A stretch of DNA of 64,000 nt, from assembly GCA_049521075.1 (NCBI GenBank), contig JBEKPD010000003.1, positions 47,766 through 111,765 of the forward strand, given 5' to 3'. Below are positions 1 through 8,488 of this stretch, in pieces. Origin of the DNA: Terracidiphilus sp. GTDB lineage: Bacteria; Acidobacteriota; Terriglobia; Terriglobales; Acidobacteriaceae. Every line of letters starts with the position of its first letter. The first letter of the stretch is position 1. The translations under genes were made by a program, and so were the position numbers. The notes beneath the pieces are model-generated. The model ran no database searches, was not told the DNA's origin, and saw nothing but the letters and a program-made list of their open reading frames with translations.

Positions 1-1098
1 GTCGAGCGATCGCTCATCACACTGAAGGCCATGACTTACCGTCCGACGGGTGGTCTGGTGGCCGCCATAACTACGTCTCTACCGGAGCGGATCGGAGGCG
101 TGCGCAATTGGGACTATCGCTATTGCTGGCTTCGCGACACGACCTTCAGTCTTCTGGCGCTGGCCAACGCCGGTTATTACGACGAAGCCAGCGCGTGGCA
201 GGATTGGCTTTTGCGCGCCCTTGCCGGCAGCCCCGACCAGGTGCAGATTATGTACGGCCTGAAAGGCGAACGGCAACTTATCGAATGGGAGGCCGATTGG
301 CTTCCGGGATACGAAAACTCAAGGCCAGTGCGCGTCGGAAATGCGGCATCGAAACAGGTGCAGCTCGATATCTATGGAGAGATGCTGGACTGTTTCTATC
401 ATGCACAACAGAGCCTTGCAGCTCACGGAGAAGAAGAGTTCCGCGTGCTGGCGTTGCTTCTGGAACATCTTGAGAAGATATGGCGCGAACCCGATGACGG
501 GATATGGGAGACACGTGGCGGCCCGCAGCAGTTTACTTATTCCAAAATGATGGCGTGGGTGGCCTTCGATCGCGCCGTCAAGCTTGCGGAAGAACTGAAC
601 TACGAAGCTCCCGTAGTCCGATGGAAATCGGTTCGCGACAAGATCCACCAGGAAATCTGCAACAGCGCTTATAACAACGAGAAACAGAGTTTCGTGCAGT
701 CTTATGGATCCGATCAGCTCGACGCGGCTCTGCTGCTGATGCCACTCGCGGGATTTCTTCCGGGCGACGACCCGCGCATTCGGGGTACTGTTGAAGGCAT
801 CGAGCGGGAATTGACGATCGATGGCTTAGTGCGGCGGTATGACACTGCGAAGGTCAATGATGGATTGCCGGCCGGAGAAGGCGTCTTTCTGGCGTGCAGT
901 TTCTGGATGGTGAGCAGCCTGAAGGCCATCGGCCGCGTTGAAGACGCCAGGAAACTCTTTGAGCGACTGCTGCCGCTTGCGAACGATCTTGGACTTCTCT
1001 CAGAGGAGTACGCCCCTGACGCAAAACGGTTGCTGGGAAATTTTCCCCAGGCCTTCTCGCACATTGCATTGGTCAATGCCGCCTTCCATCTGGAATAA
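1..1098 (+). CDS. Glycoside hydrolase family 15 (glucoamylase/trehalase-like), 5'-truncated by the window edge
   Basis: Frame is open from base 1 (VERSLITLKAM...). GH15 motifs: AAITTSLPE, WDYRYCWLRD, PDDGIWETRG, GLLSEEY, GNFPQAFSH. Confidence 0.92.
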   Translation, partial: VERSLITLKAMTYRPTGGLVAAITTSLPERIGGVRNWDYRYCWLRDTTFSLLALANAGYYDEASAWQDWLLRALAGSPDQVQIMYGLKGERQLIEWEADWLPGYENSRPVRVGNAASKQVQLDIYGEMLDCFYHAQQSLAAHGEEEFRVLALLLEHLEKIWREPDDGIWETRGGPQQFTYSKMMAWVAFDRAVKLAEELNYEAPVVRWKSVRDKIHQEICNSAYNNEKQSFVQSYGSDQLDAALLLMPLAGFLPGDDPRIRGTVEGIERELTIDGLVRRYDTAKVNDGLPAGEGVFLACSFWMVSSLKAIGRVEDARKLFERLLPLANDLGLLSEEYAPDAKRLLGNFPQAFSHIALVNAAFHLE

Positions 1099-1182
1099 GA
1101 CGCAGGCAGGTCCGCTCGACGTTGAAGGTACAGCCTGGCATTCAGTTGTGAGAGGCCAGGCTGTGTTAGTTGTGACACCGAC

Positions 1183-2286
1183 TTAAGCCGACTGGATTGC
1201 GTTCATGATCGCGGTGTCGGGTTCCTCGGTGGTCTCCCAAGCGCCCTCGGTATAGGTGCAGAAGGGCGAATAGCACTCCGGCTCCCAATAGAAGACGCCC
1301 AGGCCACCACCGTTACGCAAGGTCTGGATATACTCGGTCGCCGCAGTCGCGGTGCCCGAAGAGCTGACGGGGCCGCCGAACTCGACCTGCATGACCGGCT
1401 TGCCATATGTTTTCCCAAATCCCAACATGTCGTTGGCAAGACTCACGGCAAGACTTGAGGAGCCGTACGATGAGAATCCCAAGATGTCCAACTTGCCGCC
1501 GTTCCCATCGTAGGCGCTCATGAAGGTTTCTATTGGACCAGAATCTTGCGGCTGAGCAAGGTGAATGATGCACTGGGCACTTGGGAAGACAGCCTTGACG
1601 TTGTTGTAACCAGCCATGAGGAGGGCGGTCATCTGCGAGGGGTAGTTCACCCCTCCGAGCGGATGGCAGATGCCGCTGTTGATCTCGTTGCCGAGTTGCA
1701 CCCATGTCGGGGTAACTCCGGACGCCTTCAGGGCTTCCATGAAGTTATAGACGTAAGTGCCCAGGGCACTCTCCATCTGACTTAAAGTCATGTTAGCCCA
1801 TGCCGCCGGCGGGTTCTGTGTGCCCACACTGTTCCATGTGTCGCCGAAGTGAAAGTCGATGTCTACGGGTAAGCCCATTTCCTTCATCAGGTACGCCATG
1901 GCGACGGTATCTGCCTGGTTACAGCAGCCGTTGACCGGATCTGTCGAAGGATTGACCCAGGTGCGTAGGCGGATGGCATTGATGTTATAGCTCTTCAGGA
2001 TGCTGCACAAATAGTTAATCTGGGTGTCAGCGCTCCCGGTCGTGCCCTGATCGCTGGCGTTCTTCCAAAAGTAGCCGTAGTTAGCCATCTGTTGTGCCCA
2101 GCTGATGTCGCAGCCCTTGTAAAAGGTGGCAGCCTTAACGGGTGCGGGGTTGAGCAGTTCTTCGGCGGATTTTAAAGAACCGCCGATGAGCGAGCCAGCT
2201 GCAAATGCTCCTGCGGTCGCGCCAGCGCCCTTGAGCACCTGGCGACGTGAAAGGTGAAAGCTAAGAGGGGAATACTTTGTTGGCAT
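1183..2286 (-). CDS. GH53 endo-beta-1,4-galactanase with Tat signal peptide
   Basis: Start moved to MPTKY..., followed by Tat motif SRRQVLK. GH53 motifs: IRLRTWVNP, DFHFGDTW, WVQLGNE, VEFG, GVFYWEP. Confidence 0.88.
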   Translation of the reverse strand: MPTKYSPLSFHLSRRQVLKGAGATAGAFAAGSLIGGSLKSAEELLNPAPVKAATFYKGCDISWAQQMANYGYFWKNASDQGTTGSADTQINYLCSILKSYNINAIRLRTWVNPSTDPVNGCCNQADTVAMAYLMKEMGLPVDIDFHFGDTWNSVGTQNPPAAWANMTLSQMESALGTYVYNFMEALKASGVTPTWVQLGNEINSGICHPLGGVNYPSQMTALLMAGYNNVKAVFPSAQCIIHLAQPQDSGPIETFMSAYDGNGGKLDILGFSSYGSSSLAVSLANDMLGFGKTYGKPVMQVEFGGPVSSSGTATAATEYIQTLRNGGGLGVFYWEPECYSPFCTYTEGAWETTEEPDTAIMNAIQSA

Positions 2287-2800
2287 TGCGTTCGTCTCCT
2301 TTTGCGCGGTTAGGTAAAGCGGCCCGCACAACGCGCGGTGAAACGGCAACCATTCACCGTGCGGGCGGACCGCCATGCGCGCTTTCGCTTGCTGAGTGGA
2401 TGTTTCGGCCGGTGGAGGCGCGGCCAGCCGTTCTGGGAGCGTCCGTTCCGATCGAGCAAGATGCCAGAGAAATCGATGACGGCGTCTTCGATTGCATGTT
2501 TGATCACAAAGTGAAAGCCGTGTGCTTCTGTCGTTGCGCAGTCTGGGAAACCGCAATCCGCGGGGAGCGGGAGAAGGCACTCGCGGACAAGCAGCATACA
2601 GTTCACTAAAATCCGCGACTATTCAGATGAATGCGAGACGGAAGTCTATTTTTCGGCCTCAGTCTTCGTCCTATTCCCGAGTAATAATCGGGAATAGCCC
2701 ATTGTATGCTCCTGGACGAACATCGGAGTCCATTGGCTGAATAATCTGTGATCGGCACGATCTGCCGCTTCGAGCGCAATGCGCTCGTGCGCTCCGAGCA

Positions 2801-2901
2801 TCGGCCTTTCGGAGGGCCGGAGGCAATACCACTTCGCTGCGCTCAATGGGACGAGCACGGTTTTACCACATGCCGAATTCACAGAATGGTGGCCGGGGAC
2901 G
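2801..2901 (-). repeat. Distal copy of tRNA-Phe 3' end (CGTCCCCGGCCACCA, 2887-2901) plus the ~85-bp spacer that follows the tRNA at 18.3-18.4 kb; att-like
   Basis: 14/15 match to the tRNA 3' end CGTCCCTGGCCACCA. The adjoining sequence aligns with 18351-18434 (shared tcggcctttcggagggcc, ggcaatac, acttcgctgcgctcaatgg, acagaa). Confidence 0.85.
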
Positions 2902-3038
2902 CTACTGATAAGTCGTCTCAGGGGCGAAATTTTGCAGAAATCTGCAGAAATCTGCTGCCGAAGACCTTTTTATAGAAGCGAGCCGATCGGTTAAAGATTC
3001 ACAGATGCCAATTTTCTCGTCCCTCATTGTCTCATTAC

Positions 3039-3050
3039 ACAAACGATTGT
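3039..3050. promoter_or_regulatory. Putative LacI-family operator ACAAACGATTGT (auxiliary, upstream of GH30-1)
   Basis: Matches the recurrent palindrome ACAAnCGnTTGT with central CG typical of LacI-family operators. Confidence 0.6.
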
Positions 3051-3340
3051 CTAAAGTAGATTTTCTAAAGGCGCGGAAAGGAGTACTGTGCGCCCTCCCG
3101 TTTGTTCCATTTGATACCCGCTTGTGAGCGATTGCTGAGACGGGAGATGGACCTGCGACGCGCTGGCCGGAGTTCGGCTGCGCCTGGTTTATTTTTGATC
3201 AATTGGGCTTCGTGAATTGCCTTCGGAATTTGCGTTGGCAGAATATCTGCTAGTCCGGATTGAAGGGAATAACACGTAAGCCCGGACATGTCGTCTGCAA
3301 TATGCCGCTTGACAATCCAGATAATCCTCTGCTTTCATCC

Positions 3341-3369
3341 TTGACAGTCCAAAAATTCCGTTCTAAAGT
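3341..3369 (+). promoter_or_regulatory. Sigma70 promoter for the GH30-GH55 operon
   Basis: TTGACA-N17-TAAAGT, with an operator 10 nt downstream. Confidence 0.7.
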
Positions 3370-3378
3370 ATCGCGTTA

Positions 3379-3390
3379 ACAATCGGTTGT
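3379..3390. promoter_or_regulatory. Putative LacI-family operator ACAATCGGTTGT just downstream of the predicted TSS
   Basis: Palindromic consensus match in a classical repressor position. Confidence 0.7.
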
Positions 3391-3458
3391 CTTGACCATA
3401 TTCGAGAAGCATCGACAGTACGAAGCGGCGTAACCATTCGCCGAAGCAAGAGGAAATT

Positions 3459-4868
3459 ATGACCTTGAAGCGCATTTTTCTTATCCTTTTTTCCGCTCTA
3501 ATTCTCTTTGCGACAGCCTCTCGAGCGCAAAACACACAAGATGCGCAGGTCTGGCTGACGACGGGCGACCGAAACGCGTTGCTCACTCACGAACCGGACG
3601 CTCTGCATTTTTCCGATGTGAAGAGCGACGCGCCGACAATTGAAGTGAACGACATGCAACAGTACCAACCGATCGAAGGGTTTGGGTTTGCGCTGACGGG
3701 CGGAAGCGCGCAGCTGCTGATGCAGATGACGCCGACGCGGCGAAGCGAGTTGCTGGGGCAGCTCTTCACGGCCAAGGGAGACGGGATCGGAGTGAGTTAT
3801 CTGAGGGTGAGCATCGGCTCCTCAGATATGAACGATCACGTGTACTCGTACGACGATATGCCGGCCGGCCAGACTGATGCGAAGCTCGAGAAATTCAGCC
3901 TTGCCCCGGATGGGGCGACGGTGATTCCGGTCTTGAAGGAGATCCTGGCCATCAATCCGCAGATTAGGATTCTGGGGTCGCCCTGGTCGGCGCCAGCGTG
4001 GATGAAAACCAACGGCGCGGTAAAGGGCGGGGAACTGAAACCGGAGTTCTACGAGGCGTACGCGCAGTACCTGACGAAGTATGTCGAGGGCATGAAGGCG
4101 GAGGGGATCAACGTCACTGCCATTACCGTAGAGAACGAGCCGCTAAACCCGAAGAATACGCCGAGCATGGTTGTGTTTGCGTCGGAAGAGGATGAACTGA
4201 TTGCAAAGCACCTGGGGCCGGCGTTTGAGAAAGCCGGAATCAAGACAGAGATCCAGCTGTACGATCACAATCCGGATGTGATTTCTTACCCGCTATCGAT
4301 CCTGGCAGACGCCGCGGCGAGCAAGTATGTGGCGGGAACGGCATTTCATCTGTATGGCGGCGACAGTTCTGCGCTGACGTGCGTGCACAACCAGTATCCG
4401 AACAAGAATCTTTATTTGACGGAGCAATCAGTGGGCGGCCGGCCGAGCGCGACATCGATTGATATCACCGAGCCGGTGAGCCGCGTCCTGATTGGCGCCA
4501 CGCGGAACTGGGCGCGCAATGTGTTGCTGTGGAATCTGGCGGCAGATCCGCATGCCGGGCCGCACACGAACGATGGCGGATGTCCGGTCTGCTACGGTGC
4601 GATCACCCTTGATGGCGATCAGGCGCGGTTCAACGTGGCCTACTATGCGCTGGCCCATTTCTCAAAGTTTGTGCCGCCGGGTTCGGTGCGGATCGGTTCG
4701 AATGAACTCGAGCAGCTTTCGACAGTGGCGTTTTTGACGCCGGACGGAAAGGTTGTTCTGGTCGCAGTGAACACGGGAAATTTTCCGAAGACTTTCCAGA
4801 TTGAATACCATGGGCAGAGCGTGACGGCGACGCTGCGCCCGGAGTCGGCTGCGACCTATGTGTGGTGA
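3459..4868 (+). CDS. GH30 glycoside hydrolase, resembling GH30_3 beta-1,6-glucanases; Sec signal peptide
   Basis: YQPIEGFG, YLRVSIGSSD, SPWSAPAWMK, acid/base NEPL, nucleophile LTE, C-terminal beta-sandwich; hydrophobic N-terminus ending in ASRA. Confidence 0.88.
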   Translation: MTLKRIFLILFSALILFATASRAQNTQDAQVWLTTGDRNALLTHEPDALHFSDVKSDAPTIEVNDMQQYQPIEGFGFALTGGSAQLLMQMTPTRRSELLGQLFTAKGDGIGVSYLRVSIGSSDMNDHVYSYDDMPAGQTDAKLEKFSLAPDGATVIPVLKEILAINPQIRILGSPWSAPAWMKTNGAVKGGELKPEFYEAYAQYLTKYVEGMKAEGINVTAITVENEPLNPKNTPSMVVFASEEDELIAKHLGPAFEKAGIKTEIQLYDHNPDVISYPLSILADAAASKYVAGTAFHLYGGDSSALTCVHNQYPNKNLYLTEQSVGGRPSATSIDITEPVSRVLIGATRNWARNVLLWNLAADPHAGPHTNDGGCPVCYGAITLDGDQARFNVAYYALAHFSKFVPPGSVRIGSNELEQLSTVAFLTPDGKVVLVAVNTGNFPKTFQIEYHGQSVTATLRPESAATYVW

Positions 4869-4886
4869 GATTGGGAGGCTGCGGCG

Positions 4887-6653
4887 ATGAATCGAAGGGA
4901 AGGAAGAGCCGGAATGCGCGCTGCGAAAATCAAGTTGGGTGTGGCCTTGCTGGCAGGAGTGTTTGCCGGCGAATTCGCGCGGGCTGGGGCGCAGGTGTCG
5001 AAGAAGCCGGACCTCGGGCCGAATGTGATGATCTTCGATCCCTCGATGCCGGCCGCGGAGATTCAGGCGCGGATTGACAAGGTCTACGCCGTCGAAGAGA
5101 AGAGCGAGTTCGGCACAGCGCGGTATGCGCTGCTGTTTTTGCCGGGCAAGTATCACGTGGATGTGCCGGTGGGATTCTACACACAGGTACTGGGGCTGGG
5201 TGCAACGCCGGATGCGGTGGAGATTGACGGTAATGTGCACTCGGACGCGAGCCTGCCACACAACAATGCGACGTGCGCTTTCTGGCGCGCGGCAGAAGGG
5301 TTTTCAGTGACGCCCGCAGGTGGAACGATGCAGTGGGCGGTGTCGCAGGCAGTTCCGTTCCGGCGGATGCACGTGCGCGGCAACCTGGTGCTGCATCAGA
5401 ATCACGGATGGGCAAGCGGTGGGTGGATGTCGGACTCGCTCGTGGACGGCAACGTGGATTCGGGATCGCAACAGCAGTGGATCTCGCGCAACAGCGAGTG
5501 GGGAAGCTGGACGGGATCGAACTGGAACATGGTGTTTGTGGGAGTGATTTCTCCGCCGGCGGGGGAGTGGCCGGCTCCGCCGTATACCAAGGTGGATCGC
5601 GCGCCGCTGGTGCGAGAGAAGCCCTTTCTTCAGGTAGACGGGAATGGGAGCTGGAGCGTGCGTGTCCCCGAGCTGCGAAGAGACAGCAGAGGAATCACGT
5701 GGCATGGCGGCGAGACGCCCGGCCGATCGGTTCCCTTGAGTCATTTTTATGTAGCGCGGCCGGGTGTGGACACGGCAGCAAGCATGAACGCGCAATTGGC
5801 CAAAGGTAAAGATCTGTTGTTGACGCCGGGGAACTATGAACTCGACGATACGATTCGTGTGACGCGGCCGAATACGGTCGTGATGGGCCTGGGATACGCA
5901 ACGCTGAAGCCGACGCATGGAACACCGGCAATGACGACGGCCGATGCGGACGGGATCGACATTGCGGGCGTGCTATTCGATGCGGGCGCGGAGAAGTCGC
6001 CCGTGCTGCTGCGGGTGGGGCCGAAGGGAAGCAAGGCGAGGCATCGATTGAATCCGATTTGCCTGCACGATGTGTTTTTCCGCGTGGGTGGAGCAGGCGT
6101 AGGGAGTGTGGAGGTTGATCTCGAGATTAACAGCTCCGACACAATTGTGGACCACACATGGATCTGGCGTGCAGACCACGGGGCCGGCGTGGGATGGGAC
6201 AAGAACCTGAGCGCGAATGGGATGGTTGTGAACGGCGCGGACGTGACAGCGTATGGATTATTTGTCGAGCATCACCAGCAGTACCAGGTACTGTGGAATG
6301 GGAACGGCGGCCGGACGTATTTCTATCAATCGGAGATTCCCTACGATCCGCCGGACCAGGCAAGCTATACGAGCGCGGCAGGCGTGGATGGATGGGCATC
6401 TTATAAAGTGGCTTACGGCGTGACTCGGCACGAGGCGTGGGGGCTGGGAATCTATAGCGTGTTCCGTCACCCGAATGTGGTGCTGACCAGGGCGATTGAG
6501 GTGCCGGTGACGCCGGGTGTGCGATTCCACCACATGATTACGGTGGCGCTGGACGACAAGGGCGCGATCGAGAACGTGATCGACGATGCGGGGGGACCCA
6601 CGTCGATCGCGCCTCGGGTAACGCCGAAGGTTTCGGAATTTCCACAACAGTGA
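4887..6653 (+). CDS. GH55 exo-beta-1,3-glucanase (bacterial laminarinase type), secreted
   Basis: GPNVMIFDPS, YALLFLPG, GFYTQVLGLG, FWRAAE, WAVSQAVPFRR, SQQQWISR, DHTWIWRADHG and QSEIPYD follow the Streptomyces GH55 (SacteLam55A-like) motif order. The start may be 4914. Confidence 0.85.
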   Translation: MNRREGRAGMRAAKIKLGVALLAGVFAGEFARAGAQVSKKPDLGPNVMIFDPSMPAAEIQARIDKVYAVEEKSEFGTARYALLFLPGKYHVDVPVGFYTQVLGLGATPDAVEIDGNVHSDASLPHNNATCAFWRAAEGFSVTPAGGTMQWAVSQAVPFRRMHVRGNLVLHQNHGWASGGWMSDSLVDGNVDSGSQQQWISRNSEWGSWTGSNWNMVFVGVISPPAGEWPAPPYTKVDRAPLVREKPFLQVDGNGSWSVRVPELRRDSRGITWHGGETPGRSVPLSHFYVARPGVDTAASMNAQLAKGKDLLLTPGNYELDDTIRVTRPNTVVMGLGYATLKPTHGTPAMTTADADGIDIAGVLFDAGAEKSPVLLRVGPKGSKARHRLNPICLHDVFFRVGGAGVGSVEVDLEINSSDTIVDHTWIWRADHGAGVGWDKNLSANGMVVNGADVTAYGLFVEHHQQYQVLWNGNGGRTYFYQSEIPYDPPDQASYTSAAGVDGWASYKVAYGVTRHEAWGLGIYSVFRHPNVVLTRAIEVPVTPGVRFHHMITVALDDKGAIENVIDDAGGPTSIAPRVTPKVSEFPQQ

Positions 6654-6674
6654 GCACTTCTGTACCGAGACGGA

Positions 6675-8111
6675 TCAGGCCCACTGCAGCGTGAGGACGG
6701 AATCGGCAGGCAGGTTCGCGCGAATAACTTTTCCCTGGAACACACACAGCATATCGCTTTCTTTGCCCTGATTGGTTAGAACCAGAACGAACGTGCCGTC
6801 GGGATTGGCGAAGGCGACGTGTTCGACACCGGGAAGCGATGAGTTGCTTGCGATGACGCGCGCTCCGCGTTGCACCGTCTTCGAGTAGTGCGCAAGTGCC
6901 CAGTACTGACCGCTGCGGGTAAGCTGTTGGGCTTTCGAGTCGATGGTGACGACGCCGCCGCAGGTGAACGGACCGAGGTTCGGGCCGCCTTTCTCGTTGA
7001 GCAATAGATTCCAGGCGACAGCACAGCAGGCCCAATTCCTGAAGATCTGTGCATAGGAAGCGGACCACTTTGCCCAGCCGGTGAGGTAATCGGAGTCTGT
7101 GATAAGGGGACCGTATTCGGTGAAGTAGGCGCTTTTCGACGGGAAGGCATCGTGGACGCGCGTCATCGCGTCGGGTTCGCCGGCGTAAGCGTGCCATGCG
7201 ACGCCATCGACAAAGCGGCCGACGTCGGGATCGCTGAGCAAGTCCAGGACGCGGCCCCACAGATTGAAGTTGTGATCGAGGAGCCAGATTTTCGTGTCGA
7301 GTGATGCGTTGGCGAGTGCGGGACCGAGGAAGCTTTTGATGAACTCGCCTTCGTATTCCTGGCCCCAGAGAGTAGCCGGCATTCTGCCGTCCTGGTCGGT
7401 GTCGACTTCGTTTTGAATGGTGACAGCGCGAATGTGGATGCCGGCGGCCTTATAAGCATCGATGAACTTAACGAAGTATTGCGCGTAAGAATCGAAAAAA
7501 TGCTTCCGCATGGAGCCACCGAGAAGCGAGTCGCCGGTTTTCATCCACGCAGGCGGGCTCCAGGGCGTGGAGAAATAGAAAAGGTCGGGCCGGATGGAGA
7601 CAGCTTCACGAAGAGTAGGCAGAATGTATGCGCGGTCGTGCTCGATGCCGAAATGGGTGAGATCGGGATCGGGGGTTTGCGTGTCGTCAAATGTGTAAGT
7701 GGCGAGCGAATAGTCGCTGGAGCCGATGCAGGTGCGTCCAACAGAAAGGTTTAAGCCAGCCGTGGAGAAGAGTTCTTGGAGCAAGCAATGACGTGCGTCG
7801 GAGTTCATCTGATTGAAAAGAAAGCAGGATGAATCGGTAAACGCGCCACCGAACCCGAGGATGCTCTGAAAGGTTCGCGATGGGTCGACCTCGATCATGT
7901 GAGCCCCCGCAGAAGGGTGCAATCCGGTTGGCGCCTGCCAACCGGGGAGGGAAATCTCCTGGTATCGCTGGCTGCCGGCCGTCAGCCAGGCTCGGAGTGG
8001 GCCACCGGCAGACGCCAGCTGGGCGCGCGACTGTAACCCCTTGGCACAAACCATTGCTCCAAAGCAAGATGCCGCATTCCCAAGAAAAGCACGACGTGAA
8101 GCGGGACACAT
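6675..8111 (-). CDS. Second GH30 glycoside hydrolase with Tat signal
   Basis: Start MCPASRRAFL (Tat). Motifs FQSILGFGGAFTD, RTCIGSSDY, PWSPPAWMK, QNEVD, DHN, AWHAY, YFTE. Confidence 0.85.
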   Translation of the reverse strand: MCPASRRAFLGNAASCFGAMVCAKGLQSRAQLASAGGPLRAWLTAGSQRYQEISLPGWQAPTGLHPSAGAHMIEVDPSRTFQSILGFGGAFTDSSCFLFNQMNSDARHCLLQELFSTAGLNLSVGRTCIGSSDYSLATYTFDDTQTPDPDLTHFGIEHDRAYILPTLREAVSIRPDLFYFSTPWSPPAWMKTGDSLLGGSMRKHFFDSYAQYFVKFIDAYKAAGIHIRAVTIQNEVDTDQDGRMPATLWGQEYEGEFIKSFLGPALANASLDTKIWLLDHNFNLWGRVLDLLSDPDVGRFVDGVAWHAYAGEPDAMTRVHDAFPSKSAYFTEYGPLITDSDYLTGWAKWSASYAQIFRNWACCAVAWNLLLNEKGGPNLGPFTCGGVVTIDSKAQQLTRSGQYWALAHYSKTVQRGARVIASNSSLPGVEHVAFANPDGTFVLVLTNQGKESDMLCVFQGKVIRANLPADSVLTLQWA

Positions 8112-8151
8112 AAAGTTTCTCCGTACCCCTATGATCGCAGAAAATCGATTT

Positions 8152-8167
8152 AGACAAGCGATTGCCT
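8152..8167. promoter_or_regulatory. Putative LacI-family operator AGACAAGCGATTGCCT upstream of GH30-2
   Basis: Near-palindromic match to the island consensus. Confidence 0.55.
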
Positions 8168-8262
8168 CTAATGAGGCATACCGAACGGCGCTTGTATGGC
8201 ATGACGCACGACCCCATAGCCACACCCACTAGGATAAATCGTTTAATGGAAATCATACTGAC

Positions 8263-8274
8263 TCAAACGATTGT
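8263..8274. promoter_or_regulatory. Putative LacI-family operator TCAAACGATTGT in the divergent GH30-2/TBDT spacer
   Basis: One mismatch to ACAAnCGnTTGT, followed by CT like the other copies. Confidence 0.55.
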
Positions 8275-8292
8275 CTACAACACACAAATGAC

Positions 8293-8322
8293 TTGACAGT
8301 CCATCTTTTGGTGTGCTCTAAT
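8293..8322 (+). promoter_or_regulatory. Possible sigma70 promoter for the TBDT operon
   Basis: TTGACA-N18-TCTAAT with a TG extension. Shares CTTGACAGTCCA with the promoter at 3341. Confidence 0.45.
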
Positions 8323-8360
8323 CGCTCCCGCGCTCGGAAATGCTGGCATAAGCGCTTAAA

Positions 8361-8372
8361 ACAACCGATTGT
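8361..8372. promoter_or_regulatory. Putative LacI-family operator ACAACCGATTGT upstream of the TBDT
   Basis: Exact ACAAnCGnTTGT match. Confidence 0.68.
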
Positions 8373-8488
8373 CTTGTCAGTGATGCAATCTAAGCCAATG
8401 AATTCAGACGCGCCCGGTCCGGCACCGGAAAAGATTCGGAGCCGCCTATGCCGAGACGGCGGAATGTGAGAAGTTCAGGAGGCAATTC

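Noticed and set aside
2310-2606. 98-aa ORF upstream of GH53 (and the 98-aa N-terminal extension of the GH53 ORF)
   Set aside because: No family features or clear RBS; the Tat signal defines the GH53 start at 2286.
2902-3458. Integrase remnant at the island ends (also 17939-18187)
   Set aside because: No ORF or frame segment with tyrosine- or serine-recombinase motifs was recognised.
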